The notes below the pieces were generated by a model, which worked only from the letters and a program-made list of their open reading frames with translations, did no database searches and was not told the DNA's origin. 50,030 nucleotides of DNA from a virus (taxonomy: Duplodnaviria > Caudoviricetes): positions 1 to 50,030 of IMG/VR virus record IMGVR_UViG_3300030329_004005, one strand, 5' to 3'. The stretch's first letter is position 1. Each line of letters starts with the position of its first letter. Shown here in pieces: positions 18,878-27,698 of the stretch. A program made the translations under genes and the position numbers.

Positions 18878-19050
18878 TGTTTAAAAATTGGATAGTTAAA
18901 CACATATTATATACACATAAAGATTTAAAGGAATGTTATGAATGTAAAAAACATTATATGTCCAGTTACATTCATAATAATTTATGTATATATTGTGAAC
19001 AAATTAATATAAGAATTGATAGTTTTATCAATGAAAGGAAATGGAAATGA
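18877..19050 (+). CDS. 57-aa CxxC...CxxC zinc-finger protein
   Basis: Hand translation MFKNWIVKHILYTHKDLKECYECKKHYMSSYIHNNLCIYCEQINIRIDSFINERKWK; coupled on both sides (TAATG, ATGA). Confidence 0.6.
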   Translation: MFKNWIVKHILYTHKDLKECYECKKHYMSSYIHNNLCIYCEQINIRIDSFINERKWK

Positions 19051-19601
19051 ATACTTACGACTTAAAAGGAAATACATTAATAAATGGAAATCAAATTCAT
19101 CTTGTAAAAGCACTTCAAAAATGGAATGATGAAATCTTGACAATAAGAGAAAAAGAATTTGAATGGCAAGATTATCAATTTTCACCTAAATTAACAATAG
19201 AACAAAAGAATGAAAGATATATATTAAAGGAATTAGGTTTCCAAGGATTATTAAATGATGATAATCTTGATATATATAGAATGATAATGAAATTGCCTTA
19301 TAATACAGAATTTACTATTACTAAAAATGATATAGATAGTATATGGACAAGACAATGGCATTATGATAATCAAATGTTAAGAGTAGAATTTAAAAAAGAT
19401 TTTAAAAATTTAAATTATATAACATTAGTAAATTCACAAGTTTTACTATTTATGCTTAAAAATCCTGAATGTGAATTACTTGTAAGGAAAAAGCATAAAT
19501 ATTTTCATTTGTTATCACGACAATATGAAAGTGAAATAGAAACAGAAAGGGAAAATATAGAAAGAGATAATTCTTCTTCTAATGAAATTTTACCTTTTTA
19601 A
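19047..19601 (+). CDS. Hypothetical early protein with an acidic tail ending NEILPF
   Basis: ORF track (19041 start); the ATGA overlap favours a start at 19047. Confidence 0.65.
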   Translation: MNTYDLKGNTLINGNQIHLVKALQKWNDEILTIREKEFEWQDYQFSPKLTIEQKNERYILKELGFQGLLNDDNLDIYRMIMKLPYNTEFTITKNDIDSIWTRQWHYDNQMLRVEFKKDFKNLNYITLVNSQVLLFMLKNPECELLVRKKHKYFHLLSRQYESEIETERENIERDNSSSNEILPF

Positions 19602-19606
19602 TATTA

Positions 19607-19912
19607 ATGGAAGGAATGATTATGGTAATAGATAGATATGATATAGGTTTAGAAAAGATTGAAAATGAAAATAAAGAAAAAGCATTAGCAAGATATTTGG
19701 CTAATGCTTTACTTAATGATAAAGAAATGCAAGAAACACATTTAGCATATTATATATTTCAATTATGGCAATATTCATATAAACAGTGTAATAGAGATAA
19801 AGAAACAATAGATAAATATAATTTAAAAGAATTTTATGCCAATTGTGTAAATAATAGATTGAATTCAACAAATAATACTACAAATGTAGTGAAGGGAAAA
19901 GAAAATGGCTGA
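19607..19912 (+). CDS. Hypothetical early protein
   Basis: ORF track, 101 aa; overlaps the Ubl start. Confidence 0.65.
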   Translation: MEGMIMVIDRYDIGLEKIENENKEKALARYLANALLNDKEMQETHLAYYIFQLWQYSYKQCNRDKETIDKYNLKEFYANCVNNRLNSTNNTTNVVKGKENG

Positions 19913-20132
19913 ACAGCATACTATAAGATTACTTAATGGAAGCGATACTTTTGAGAATACATTAGTTACATCAACAACTGTTGGTGCTTTAAGAACTGAA
20001 TTAGATATTCCAAATAGTGCTACTGTTAATGTTAATCAGGCAAGGGCTAATAACGATACTGAATTAGTTCCAAGTCAAGGTGCCGATTTTGCTGTTGTAT
20101 CAGTGGTATACAACAATAAAACAGGTGGTTAA
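19905..20132 (+). CDS. Ubiquitin-like (beta-grasp, ThiS/MoaD/Prok-Ub-like) protein with C-terminal GG
   Basis: 75 aa; TTVGALRTELDIP...TVNVN...DTEL...VVSVV beta-grasp pattern; ends NNKTGG-stop. Confidence 0.82.
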   Translation: MAEQHTIRLLNGSDTFENTLVTSTTVGALRTELDIPNSATVNVNQARANNDTELVPSQGADFAVVSVVYNNKTGG

Positions 20133-20143
20133 ATAATAATAAA

Positions 20144-20180
20144 TGTATTCAGGTAAGGTTAATTGCCTTACCTGAATATG
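20144..20180 (+). promoter_or_regulatory. Strong hairpin between the Ubl and E2-like genes
   Basis: gtattcaggtaagg/ccttacctgaatat, about 14 bp, no U-tract, directly before the AAAGGA SD. Confidence 0.6.
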
Positions 20181-20192
20181 AAAGGAAAAGAT

Positions 20193-22145
20193 ATGTCTAA
20201 TCATAGTGTAAATTGGAATGAAAGTAAATGGAAAATAATACCTTTTGAAGAAAATGCTATAAATCCTTCTGAATTTATAGATAGTGTATTATTAGGTCCA
20301 CAAAAAAGTGTTTTAGAAAAAATAAAAATCTTTAATGATAACTACTATTACACAGCACAAATACCAAATGGTATTAATCCATTAGGTATTACTAATAAAT
20401 TTAGATTAAAATCAAAAAGTTCTGATACTATAAAAGCAATAATTCATTACCATTGTTTAGGTTGGAAAAAAGGAACTAATATAACTAATTTATTTAGACA
20501 ACCTTATGGACATTATTTTAGAAACATAGGTGGACAATATAATGAAATTGCAAGAGAATTATCAAATTTAAGATATGAAAATGCAACATTTCAGGATAAT
20601 ACAGAAATAACACGAAGAATAATTAAAGAAATTCAAAATAATATACAAGATAGAATAAGTAAAGCAAATGAAAAAGAAAATGTAGAAGTATTTTGTTTTT
20701 ATGAAACAAATGATAGTTTAACTAATATGAATTATAGAAATGAATATACTAATGATACATTTTTAACAATATATATGAAATTTTCAAATCAAAAAATGGA
20801 TATTTGGCAATCAGAGAATTTCATAGAAACTATCGATATACCAGGTAATATATGGATTAAAACAAAATTTAATTTAAGAAAATATATTACACTTCTTTTA
20901 GATACAGCACATAACTTTGATAAGCATACCATGAATGAAACATATCTTCACAGTGAAGAACATCTAAAAGAAGAATTATCATTTGATAAATATACTTATG
21001 ATAGACTACTTTCTTATAATAAATGTATTATGTATAAAAAAGAAGTAGTTAAACAATTAAATATAGAAACAAAAAATGGAAAAACAACTAAAAGTATATT
21101 AGAATATGATGATTGTTTAAAATATCTATTTGAATTTAATAAAATATATAAATTAACAACTAATAATAGTAGATATAGAATATCTTCAAGATGTATTAAT
21201 ATGTTAGGTTTATATGATGATAAATATTCACATATGTTTAATAATTATTCAAGAACATTCCCATTCATATCCAGAACTAATAGTTATAGTTCAAGTCAAG
21301 ATCATAAATTCGCTATTAAAGATAAAGTTTTTATGAATGATGAACTAACAAAAAAATTGTCTTGTATTAGTGATTTAAATACTAATAGAATGCAAAGTGG
21401 TTTTGGACATTTATGTGGCGGTAGTGTGCAATCTTCAATGGTTAATTCATTATCAGATATGGATTTTGAAAGTTTCTTTGTTCATTTTGAAAATTGGAAA
21501 ACATTCAATATTGGACATACAGGGCCATTAAATTCATTAGAAAATATGTTCTTTGGAATACCAGAAAAAAGAACTGATAAATTTAAGGAATTAATTACAC
21601 AAGATTTAAAATATAATGCCCAATCAGTTTGGCATTCTTGTGTATTTGATATGAATTTAGATAATTTCCTTAATATACAATCAGATGAACATATAATAAT
21701 AGATTGTCCAGTTATTAATAGTGTTAATGAATATGATGATGATGATAATCTTATTAATAAAGAATATGAAATTCGTCAATTATCTTTAAAGGAATCATTA
21801 GAAAGTGGTGGTAATCCTGATATCTATGAATTTGATGATTATGTCAATCAAGATATAAAAATTAAAGATAGTAATGGACAAATTAGATATGAACCATATG
21901 AACCATATTTTATGGAAATCTGTAAAAGATTTCTTGCAAAATATGATAATATGGATAGTGATTTTAGAAATAGTTGTCCTTTGTTTGAAAATATAGAACA
22001 AGTATTTGGATATATGAATTCAAATAAATTTAAAGAAAGACAACTTTCAATAGAATCAAAAGATGATGAAAAAGAAAAGGAAACAAGTCGTAGTAGAGAA
22101 CAAATGGAAATGGAAGAAATACAACGAATTGTTAGATCTTTATAA
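20193..22145 (+). CDS. Large E2-like (ubiquitin-conjugating-fold) protein, about 650 aa
   Basis: FPFIS ... GFGHLCGG ... FENWKTFN...TGPLN resembles the HP[N/H]I...G.[IV]C[LM]G core of prokaryotic E2s (Cys codon at 21414-21416). It sits between Ubl and JAB. Likely ATG at 20193. Confidence 0.55.
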   Translation: MSNHSVNWNESKWKIIPFEENAINPSEFIDSVLLGPQKSVLEKIKIFNDNYYYTAQIPNGINPLGITNKFRLKSKSSDTIKAIIHYHCLGWKKGTNITNLFRQPYGHYFRNIGGQYNEIARELSNLRYENATFQDNTEITRRIIKEIQNNIQDRISKANEKENVEVFCFYETNDSLTNMNYRNEYTNDTFLTIYMKFSNQKMDIWQSENFIETIDIPGNIWIKTKFNLRKYITLLLDTAHNFDKHTMNETYLHSEEHLKEELSFDKYTYDRLLSYNKCIMYKKEVVKQLNIETKNGKTTKSILEYDDCLKYLFEFNKIYKLTTNNSRYRISSRCINMLGLYDDKYSHMFNNYSRTFPFISRTNSYSSSQDHKFAIKDKVFMNDELTKKLSCISDLNTNRMQSGFGHLCGGSVQSSMVNSLSDMDFESFFVHFENWKTFNIGHTGPLNSLENMFFGIPEKRTDKFKELITQDLKYNAQSVWHSCVFDMNLDNFLNIQSDEHIIIDCPVINSVNEYDDDDNLINKEYEIRQLSLKESLESGGNPDIYEFDDYVNQDIKIKDSNGQIRYEPYEPYFMEICKRFLAKYDNMDSDFRNSCPLFENIEQVFGYMNSNKFKERQLSIESKDDEKEKETSRSREQMEMEEIQRIVRSL

Positions 22146-23104
22146 TGTTAACTAAAATAGTAGAGTGGCTTTATAAGTCATTCTACTATTTATTAAAAAA
22201 AGGAAATGATATGCAAGAAACAGAATTTTATATTGATGAAAAAGATTGGAATAAAATCCAACAATATTGTCAATATGCATATGATAAACATAAATCAGAA
22301 ATAGGCGGTATGTTATTAGCAGAATTAGATAAAGATAATAACTATCGTTTATTTGAACCTACAATATTAAAACAAGAAATATCAATGGCAAATACTGTAT
22401 TAGATAAAGATGAATTAGCAAATTACTATTCGAAAATAGGTATGAAATATGATAATGTAAGATTTGTATGGTGGCATAGTCATCACACAATGTCTGCATT
22501 TTGGTCTGGAACAGATTTAACTGCAATTGATGAAATGGCTAATGGAACTATGTCATTATCATTAGTAGTAAATTTAAAAGAAGAATATAAATTTAGAGTA
22601 AATATATGGAAACCTATACAAACATTTGAAGACATTGAATTAAAAATTATTAGAAAAGATAAGAAAATTAATAAAAGTGTTAAAAAAGAAGTTGATAAAC
22701 TATGTAATACAGAAAAACCTGAAAAGTCTTGGAATAATACAAAACAAACTTCATTAGCATTTCCAGGTTATAGATATAAACCAGAAAAAGAAATATCATT
22801 AAATAAATCATATTATCAACAAATAGTTTCTAAAACAGAAACTATTCATCAGGATTATGAATTTAGTATGAAATCAAAAGAACAATATAAAGAATACAAA
22901 AATGAAGTAGTCAAAACAAATAAGATATTATCTGATAATAATGTAATGTATAGAATATTACTATTAAATAAAAAACAATTAGATGATACTGTTGATTGGC
23001 TACCAGTTGAAAGTGTAATTTATAATAAAAATACAAATTGTTCATTTGATGATATTATGATAGAATATCAATATGATATTAGACAAGAAAGTTGGGAATC
23101 ATGA
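22145..23104 (+). CDS. JAB/JAMM (MPN+) metalloprotease
   Basis: SEIGG ... WWHSHHTMSAFWSGTD is a complete E-xn-HxH-x7-S-x2-D motif; alternative start at 22211. Confidence 0.9.
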   Translation: MLTKIVEWLYKSFYYLLKKGNDMQETEFYIDEKDWNKIQQYCQYAYDKHKSEIGGMLLAELDKDNNYRLFEPTILKQEISMANTVLDKDELANYYSKIGMKYDNVRFVWWHSHHTMSAFWSGTDLTAIDEMANGTMSLSLVVNLKEEYKFRVNIWKPIQTFEDIELKIIRKDKKINKSVKKEVDKLCNTEKPEKSWNNTKQTSLAFPGYRYKPEKEISLNKSYYQQIVSKTETIHQDYEFSMKSKEQYKEYKNEVVKTNKILSDNNVMYRILLLNKKQLDDTVDWLPVESVIYNKNTNCSFDDIMIEYQYDIRQESWES

Positions 23105-23763
23105 TAGATAGTAGATACAGTGGAATAGTTAGTAATTTCAATGAATATACTTATCACATTTTAGGTTGTGGTGCTATTGGTAGTAGCACTGCAACTCAAT
23201 TGGTTCGTATGGGTGCAAATAAATTGCATTTATATGATTTTGATAAAGTATCAATTGAAAATGTAGGTGTATCAATGTATGATACAGGTTCTGTAAGATT
23301 AGAAAAAACCAAAGCATTATCAATAATATTAAAACAAATAAATCCAGAAATAGAAGTTCAAATACATAATGAAAAATTTAAACACTATTACCCTGAATTA
23401 AAAAGAAATGTTGTTGTATTAGGTTTTGATAATATGGAATATAGACTACAAGCAGTTAAGGAAGTATGTAAATTCAAAAATTGTGATTTCTTAATAGATG
23501 GTAGAATGGGAGCAGAACAGTTCCAAATGTATACATTCATTAATCCAACTGTTAAGAAATATGAAAAGTGTTGGTATAGTGATGATAAAGGTGATCCTGA
23601 ACCTTGCAATGCCAAAGCGACAAGTTATTGTAGCAATATGGCAGGAAGTTTTATATGCAATAGCATAAGAAAACTCATTACTAAACAACCTTACAATCCT
23701 ACTGTATTTTTTAGTTATCCTGATAATACAATAGAAACACCAAAAGGACTATCATTTCCTTAA
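23101..23763 (+). CDS. E1-like ThiF/MoeB adenylyltransferase
   Basis: ILGCGAIGS, YDFDKVSIEN, VLGFDNMEYR, LIDGRMG, candidate catalytic Cys in EPCNAKA; ATGA overlap with JAB. Confidence 0.9.
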   Translation: MIDSRYSGIVSNFNEYTYHILGCGAIGSSTATQLVRMGANKLHLYDFDKVSIENVGVSMYDTGSVRLEKTKALSIILKQINPEIEVQIHNEKFKHYYPELKRNVVVLGFDNMEYRLQAVKEVCKFKNCDFLIDGRMGAEQFQMYTFINPTVKKYEKCWYSDDKGDPEPCNAKATSYCSNMAGSFICNSIRKLITKQPYNPTVFFSYPDNTIETPKGLSFP

Positions 23764-23771
23764 CAGTCCAT

Positions 23772-23856
23772 AGAATTAAGTTGGCGGATATATGAATACT
23801 AAATGCAGGTTTGAAATACTAACCACGATTTTGACAATATTCGTCTTCTTAATTCT
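23772..23856 (+). ncRNA. Candidate structured RNA element E
   Basis: agaattaagttggcggatat/atattcgtcttcttaattct stem with + strand G-U pairs. Confidence 0.45.
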
Positions 23857-23869
23857 TAAAATATTAAAG

Positions 23870-24002
23870 AAAGCATATGAATACCATCCACTTACGAACA
23901 ATCTTGAATAGGAATAATGTGGATCAAGCATTGAACAATAATAAACGAATATTTTCCATATATTAATATATTAATATGTTCAATTTGGTATTTATATGCT
24001 TT
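23870..24002 (+). ncRNA. Candidate structured RNA element F
   Basis: 17-bp closing stem aaagcatatgaatacca/tggtatttatatgcttt (one G-U pair) followed by a T run. Confidence 0.5.
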
Positions 24003-24017
24003 TTTTATTAAATAATT

Positions 24018-24150
24018 TATATTCCCTTCATATAAAGCAGTTAAAAGGACTGCGTGGTAACCAATCCACCTTACTCTTTTAATAAATGTTATATGATATG
24101 CTTTAAAAAGTTGACTTGGTTGGCACTATATTAACTTTGAAGGGAATATA
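24018..24150 (+). ncRNA. Candidate structured RNA element G
   Basis: Perfect 13-bp closing stem tatattcccttca/tgaagggaatata. Confidence 0.45.
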
Positions 24151-24159
24151 ATAAATCCC

Positions 24160-24188
24160 TTGCTTTTCAATATAAAAACCCTTAACTT
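24160..24188 (+). promoter_or_regulatory. Sigma70-type promoter for the replication module
   Basis: TTGCTT (24160-24165), 17-nt spacer, TAACTT (24183-24188), upstream of an AAGGAG SD. Confidence 0.55.
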
Positions 24189-24242
24189 ACTTTTGCTTTA
24201 CTATAAAGTGAAGGTAAATTAAATAAGAAAAGGAGAAATTGA

Positions 24243-24836
24243 ATGGCAATTAAAATCCATGGAAAAGACTATGTTTTAGTAAACGAAAGACTGATGTCTT
24301 TTCTTTCAGAAAATCCAAAAGCGACAATAGAAACTCAATTATATGCCTGTAATCAGATTATTGATACTTCAACAGGAGATCCATGTAATGAGTATATTGT
24401 TTTAGCAAAAATATATCCTTTACCGCAAGACGAACCTGATATTTACTATACAGGATTGGCTGCTGAAAGGGATAACAATGGTTTCATTAATAAAACTTCT
24501 GCATTAGAAAATGCTGAAACATCTGCTGTAGGTAGAGCATTAGCATTCGCAGGATATGGAAGTGATGAAAGCATTGCAAGTGCTGAAGAAGTTGTAGTAG
24601 CACAAAATAAACAGAAAACATTTAACCCTACTGTTACTTCTTTAGATAAATTAGATCGTAGTATGAATGAATGTAAGTCCTTATTATTGTTAGACGATGA
24701 TTTCGTTAAACGATATAGGGCTAAAAGAACAGCTGGAATGACAAAAGTTCAGGTTCAAGAAACTCAATTATACTTCGATAAAATCATAAGTTCAAATAAA
24801 AAAGAAGGGGGAACGAATGACAAAAAATCCAAATGA
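24243..24836 (+). CDS. ssDNA annealing protein (Rad52/Sak-like)
   Basis: IHGKDYVLVNERL and TSALENAETSAVGRALAFAGYG...IASAEEV motifs; first gene of the replication module. Confidence 0.7.
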   Translation: MAIKIHGKDYVLVNERLMSFLSENPKATIETQLYACNQIIDTSTGDPCNEYIVLAKIYPLPQDEPDIYYTGLAAERDNNGFINKTSALENAETSAVGRALAFAGYGSDESIASAEEVVVAQNKQKTFNPTVTSLDKLDRSMNECKSLLLLDDDFVKRYRAKRTAGMTKVQVQETQLYFDKIISSNKKEGGTNDKKSK

Positions 24837-25140
24837 TCTTACAAAACAAATAACAGATCATCATCGTTTATATGAAGCATGTGATATGATTTATACAAAT
24901 AAACTTGATCATACAATAGTTAATTTAGGCGATAAAGGAACATTCTTTATGATTAGAGCATTAGAAACTGGTAATGAAAATAACAGGCTTGTTCATAAAG
25001 ATACAACTTCACAATTAATAGATGATGCAATAGATGCTGAAAACTTTAGTCGTGAAGAATATTATAGAGAAAGAAACCAAGATCATTCAATGGACAATAT
25101 GCCTGTTGGTGATCCTACAATGGAAGGGGAGTTGACATAA
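24817..25140 (+). CDS. Hypothetical protein
   Basis: ORF track, 107 aa, coupled. Confidence 0.7.
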   Translation: MTKNPNDLTKQITDHHRLYEACDMIYTNKLDHTIVNLGDKGTFFMIRALETGNENNRLVHKDTTSQLIDDAIDAENFSREEYYRERNQDHSMDNMPVGDPTMEGELT

Positions 25141-25661
25141 TGGCAATTACAGGAACAAAAATAGAAAATAATGGATCATCTAATAAAGGATACTTTGTAA
25201 ATAAATGTAGAATAGTAGGTGCAGAACAATTAGAATCTCAATATAGTGATACAAGTATAAAATTAACTTTAGAAGATGATAGAAATCAATTTCAATATAC
25301 ATGTTTTATAAATCAAAACTATGAAAAAGATACTAATGGAGTAGTAACAGGATTAAAATTTCCTGATAATTTAAATACATTATATCTTGCAGCAAAAAAA
25401 GATCTTAATGTTTCTGATGTTGGAGAAGCTAATTTAGCAGAATTGGCAAATGCACAAGTTGCTTGTATTAGTTATGAATCAACAGGGAAATATAAAAGAG
25501 CAATATGGAGCACAATGTCATCATGGGAAGATACCGATAAACTTGAAGCAAAGTTTGCTGAACAAGTAGAAAAAGGATATCCTTCTAACTTTAAGAAACC
25601 TGAATCACCAAAAGTTATGGTTGGTAATGAAGCAGTTAAAGTTGATGATTTACCATTCTAA
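25140..25661 (+). CDS. Putative ssDNA-binding protein
   Basis: Beta-rich body, C-terminal DDLPF tail, placed between annealing protein and primase-helicase. Confidence 0.6.
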   Translation: MAITGTKIENNGSSNKGYFVNKCRIVGAEQLESQYSDTSIKLTLEDDRNQFQYTCFINQNYEKDTNGVVTGLKFPDNLNTLYLAAKKDLNVSDVGEANLAELANAQVACISYESTGKYKRAIWSTMSSWEDTDKLEAKFAEQVEKGYPSNFKKPESPKVMVGNEAVKVDDLPF

Positions 25662-25921
25662 TGAAAGCAAAAGAGATTATCTTATTGTGGATAGAAAATA
25701 AATATCGTTCTACTAATAAATACTTTTTTAGTTTTGATTTTGAGAATGAAATTGCAAACTATGGTCGATTAGCACATCAAAAAGTACATACACCAAGTAC
25801 TTATTCAAGAGCATTTAGAGCAATTCGTTCAAGTAATGATTTAACTAAAAGAGGTTTAGAATTAGAAGAAATTGAACACACTAATAAAAAGAGTAAAGGA
25901 TGGAGAATCAAGAAAATATAA
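25661..25921 (+). CDS. Hypothetical protein, possible winged HTH
   Basis: 86 aa, HTPSTYSRAFRAIR helix followed by a beta hairpin. Confidence 0.55.
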   Translation: MKAKEIILLWIENKYRSTNKYFFSFDFENEIANYGRLAHQKVHTPSTYSRAFRAIRSSNDLTKRGLELEEIEHTNKKSKGWRIKKI

Positions 25922-27690
25922 TAGAAATAGTCCCAGGATTAATTACTAATCGTGGTAAAACTATGAATTTAGAAAATTACGATCAGTATATGAAGGACAA
26001 TTCATGGAAAGATGAATTATATAGATCCTATTATTCATTCGATAAAACATTCGAATCCCATGTTAAAGAGAATGGATCAGTCAAAGGATTTAAAGGTCTT
26101 ACATATATTGATCGTATTATCATAGATTTAGATAAGGGAGATATTGATGATAATTCTTTCAATGGATATGTATTAAATTGCATATCTGACATACTTGAAA
26201 AAGGAGTTATGGGGGAAGACATTAATATTTGGTTCTCTGGCACTGGATATCACATTGAATTATTAAATGTTTTTGGTTTACAGCCAAGTAAGGAATTGAA
26301 TGAAAAATTGAAATGGACAATGAAAAAACATTTTGATTTTGGAGATTCCATTTACGATAAAGCAAGAATAATTCGTTCCAATTGGAGTTTAAATAGAAAA
26401 ACAAATCTATTTAAAATCTGGATTCCTTTGCAGTTGTTGCATGAATTAACTTTTGAACAAGTTAAGAAAGCAGCAGAGTCTAAAGATAACTACATGGAGT
26501 TAGTTGATAAACATGAAAACTTTTTCGAAAGTTTGAATGATTCCAGTTATGTAGAACAACCTTATCTACAATCTATGATAGTAGCATCACCTACTGTTGT
26601 TACAAATGGCAATAGTCATAAAGCAGACGTTTCAACAGTTGTATCATGTATGCAACATGTATTCAATGAAGGGCCTGTAAAAGGCTCAAGAAACATGAAG
26701 GTAATGCGTATGTCCAGTTCTTACAAAAGAGCTGGCATTCCTTTCCTTGTAACATTAAATGGTATGTTAACATGGTCAAAAGATAGTATATCTGACGATG
26801 AAATAACAAGAACAGTAACTAATATATATGAAGAGAATTACCAATATGGTTGTTCAGATCATATCATGGCAGAATACTGTGATCCAAAATGTGTATACTT
26901 TAAAAGAAAAGATTATACACAAGAGATTAAGAATATTACACAATTAGAACAAAGTTTAAGAGATTATGTTAAAAATGATCTAACATCTAAATCAATTGAC
27001 TTATCTAGTATTTGGAATGTTCCTCAATACCATTTAAAACCTGGAGAATTAATAATTTTCTCAGGAGATACAGGGTTAGGAAAGTCTGCATTCGTGCAGA
27101 ATATAATAACACATTGTAAAAAAGATACATTGTTTCTATCATTAGAAATGAAAGAACAGTTAACATTTAGAAGATTTATTCAGATATTATTGAAGAAAAA
27201 TGAAAAATATGTTAGTAACTTATTTAAAACAGATCCTGATATAACATTTGAAGAAGATCTTAAGCATGTTAATATTATGTCTATAGCACCAAGAGTAGAA
27301 GCTATCAAAAAGGTAGTTGCAGAAATGGAACCTACTATATTGGTAGTAGATACTACTGATGAATTACAAGTTGATTTTGTAAGAGGAGAAATTGAAAAAC
27401 AAAATATCATTATAGATAATTTGAAACAAATTGCTCAAAAGAACAATATAGTTATTATTGCTATACATCATATGAATAAGATGAGTGCAGTAAATAATAC
27501 TATTAATGTTCATTCTCTTAAAGGATCATCTAATATAGTTCAAAAAGCAGACAAAGTTCTTGTAATCAAAGGAAATCGAAATGAAACAGTAAGAACAATA
27601 TGTTCTGAAAAATCAAGAGATGAAGCACGATTTGAAATGACTGCTAACTTTGATGGAGAAACAATGACTTTTTCACAAATTACATTTTAA
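25900..27690 (+). CDS. Bifunctional AEP-type primase / SF4 (DnaB-like) helicase
   Basis: IIIDLD and FSGTGYH (AEP motifs I and II), Cys cluster YGCSD...YCDPKC, Walker A GDTGLGKS, LSLEM, LVVD, LKGSSNIVQKADKV. Confidence 0.85.
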   Translation: MENQENIIEIVPGLITNRGKTMNLENYDQYMKDNSWKDELYRSYYSFDKTFESHVKENGSVKGFKGLTYIDRIIIDLDKGDIDDNSFNGYVLNCISDILEKGVMGEDINIWFSGTGYHIELLNVFGLQPSKELNEKLKWTMKKHFDFGDSIYDKARIIRSNWSLNRKTNLFKIWIPLQLLHELTFEQVKKAAESKDNYMELVDKHENFFESLNDSSYVEQPYLQSMIVASPTVVTNGNSHKADVSTVVSCMQHVFNEGPVKGSRNMKVMRMSSSYKRAGIPFLVTLNGMLTWSKDSISDDEITRTVTNIYEENYQYGCSDHIMAEYCDPKCVYFKRKDYTQEIKNITQLEQSLRDYVKNDLTSKSIDLSSIWNVPQYHLKPGELIIFSGDTGLGKSAFVQNIITHCKKDTLFLSLEMKEQLTFRRFIQILLKKNEKYVSNLFKTDPDITFEEDLKHVNIMSIAPRVEAIKKVVAEMEPTILVVDTTDELQVDFVRGEIEKQNIIIDNLKQIAQKNNIVIIAIHHMNKMSAVNNTINVHSLKGSSNIVQKADKVLVIKGNRNETVRTICSEKSRDEARFEMTANFDGETMTFSQITF

Positions 27691-27698
27691 GGATATAT

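Noticed and set aside
19905-23763. Thiamine or molybdopterin biosynthesis auxiliary genes (thiS/thiF, moaD/moeB)
   Set aside because: No pathway partner genes are present, the E1 lacks the paired CxxC zinc motifs, and an E2-like gene is embedded. Sulfur relay is disfavoured but not excluded.
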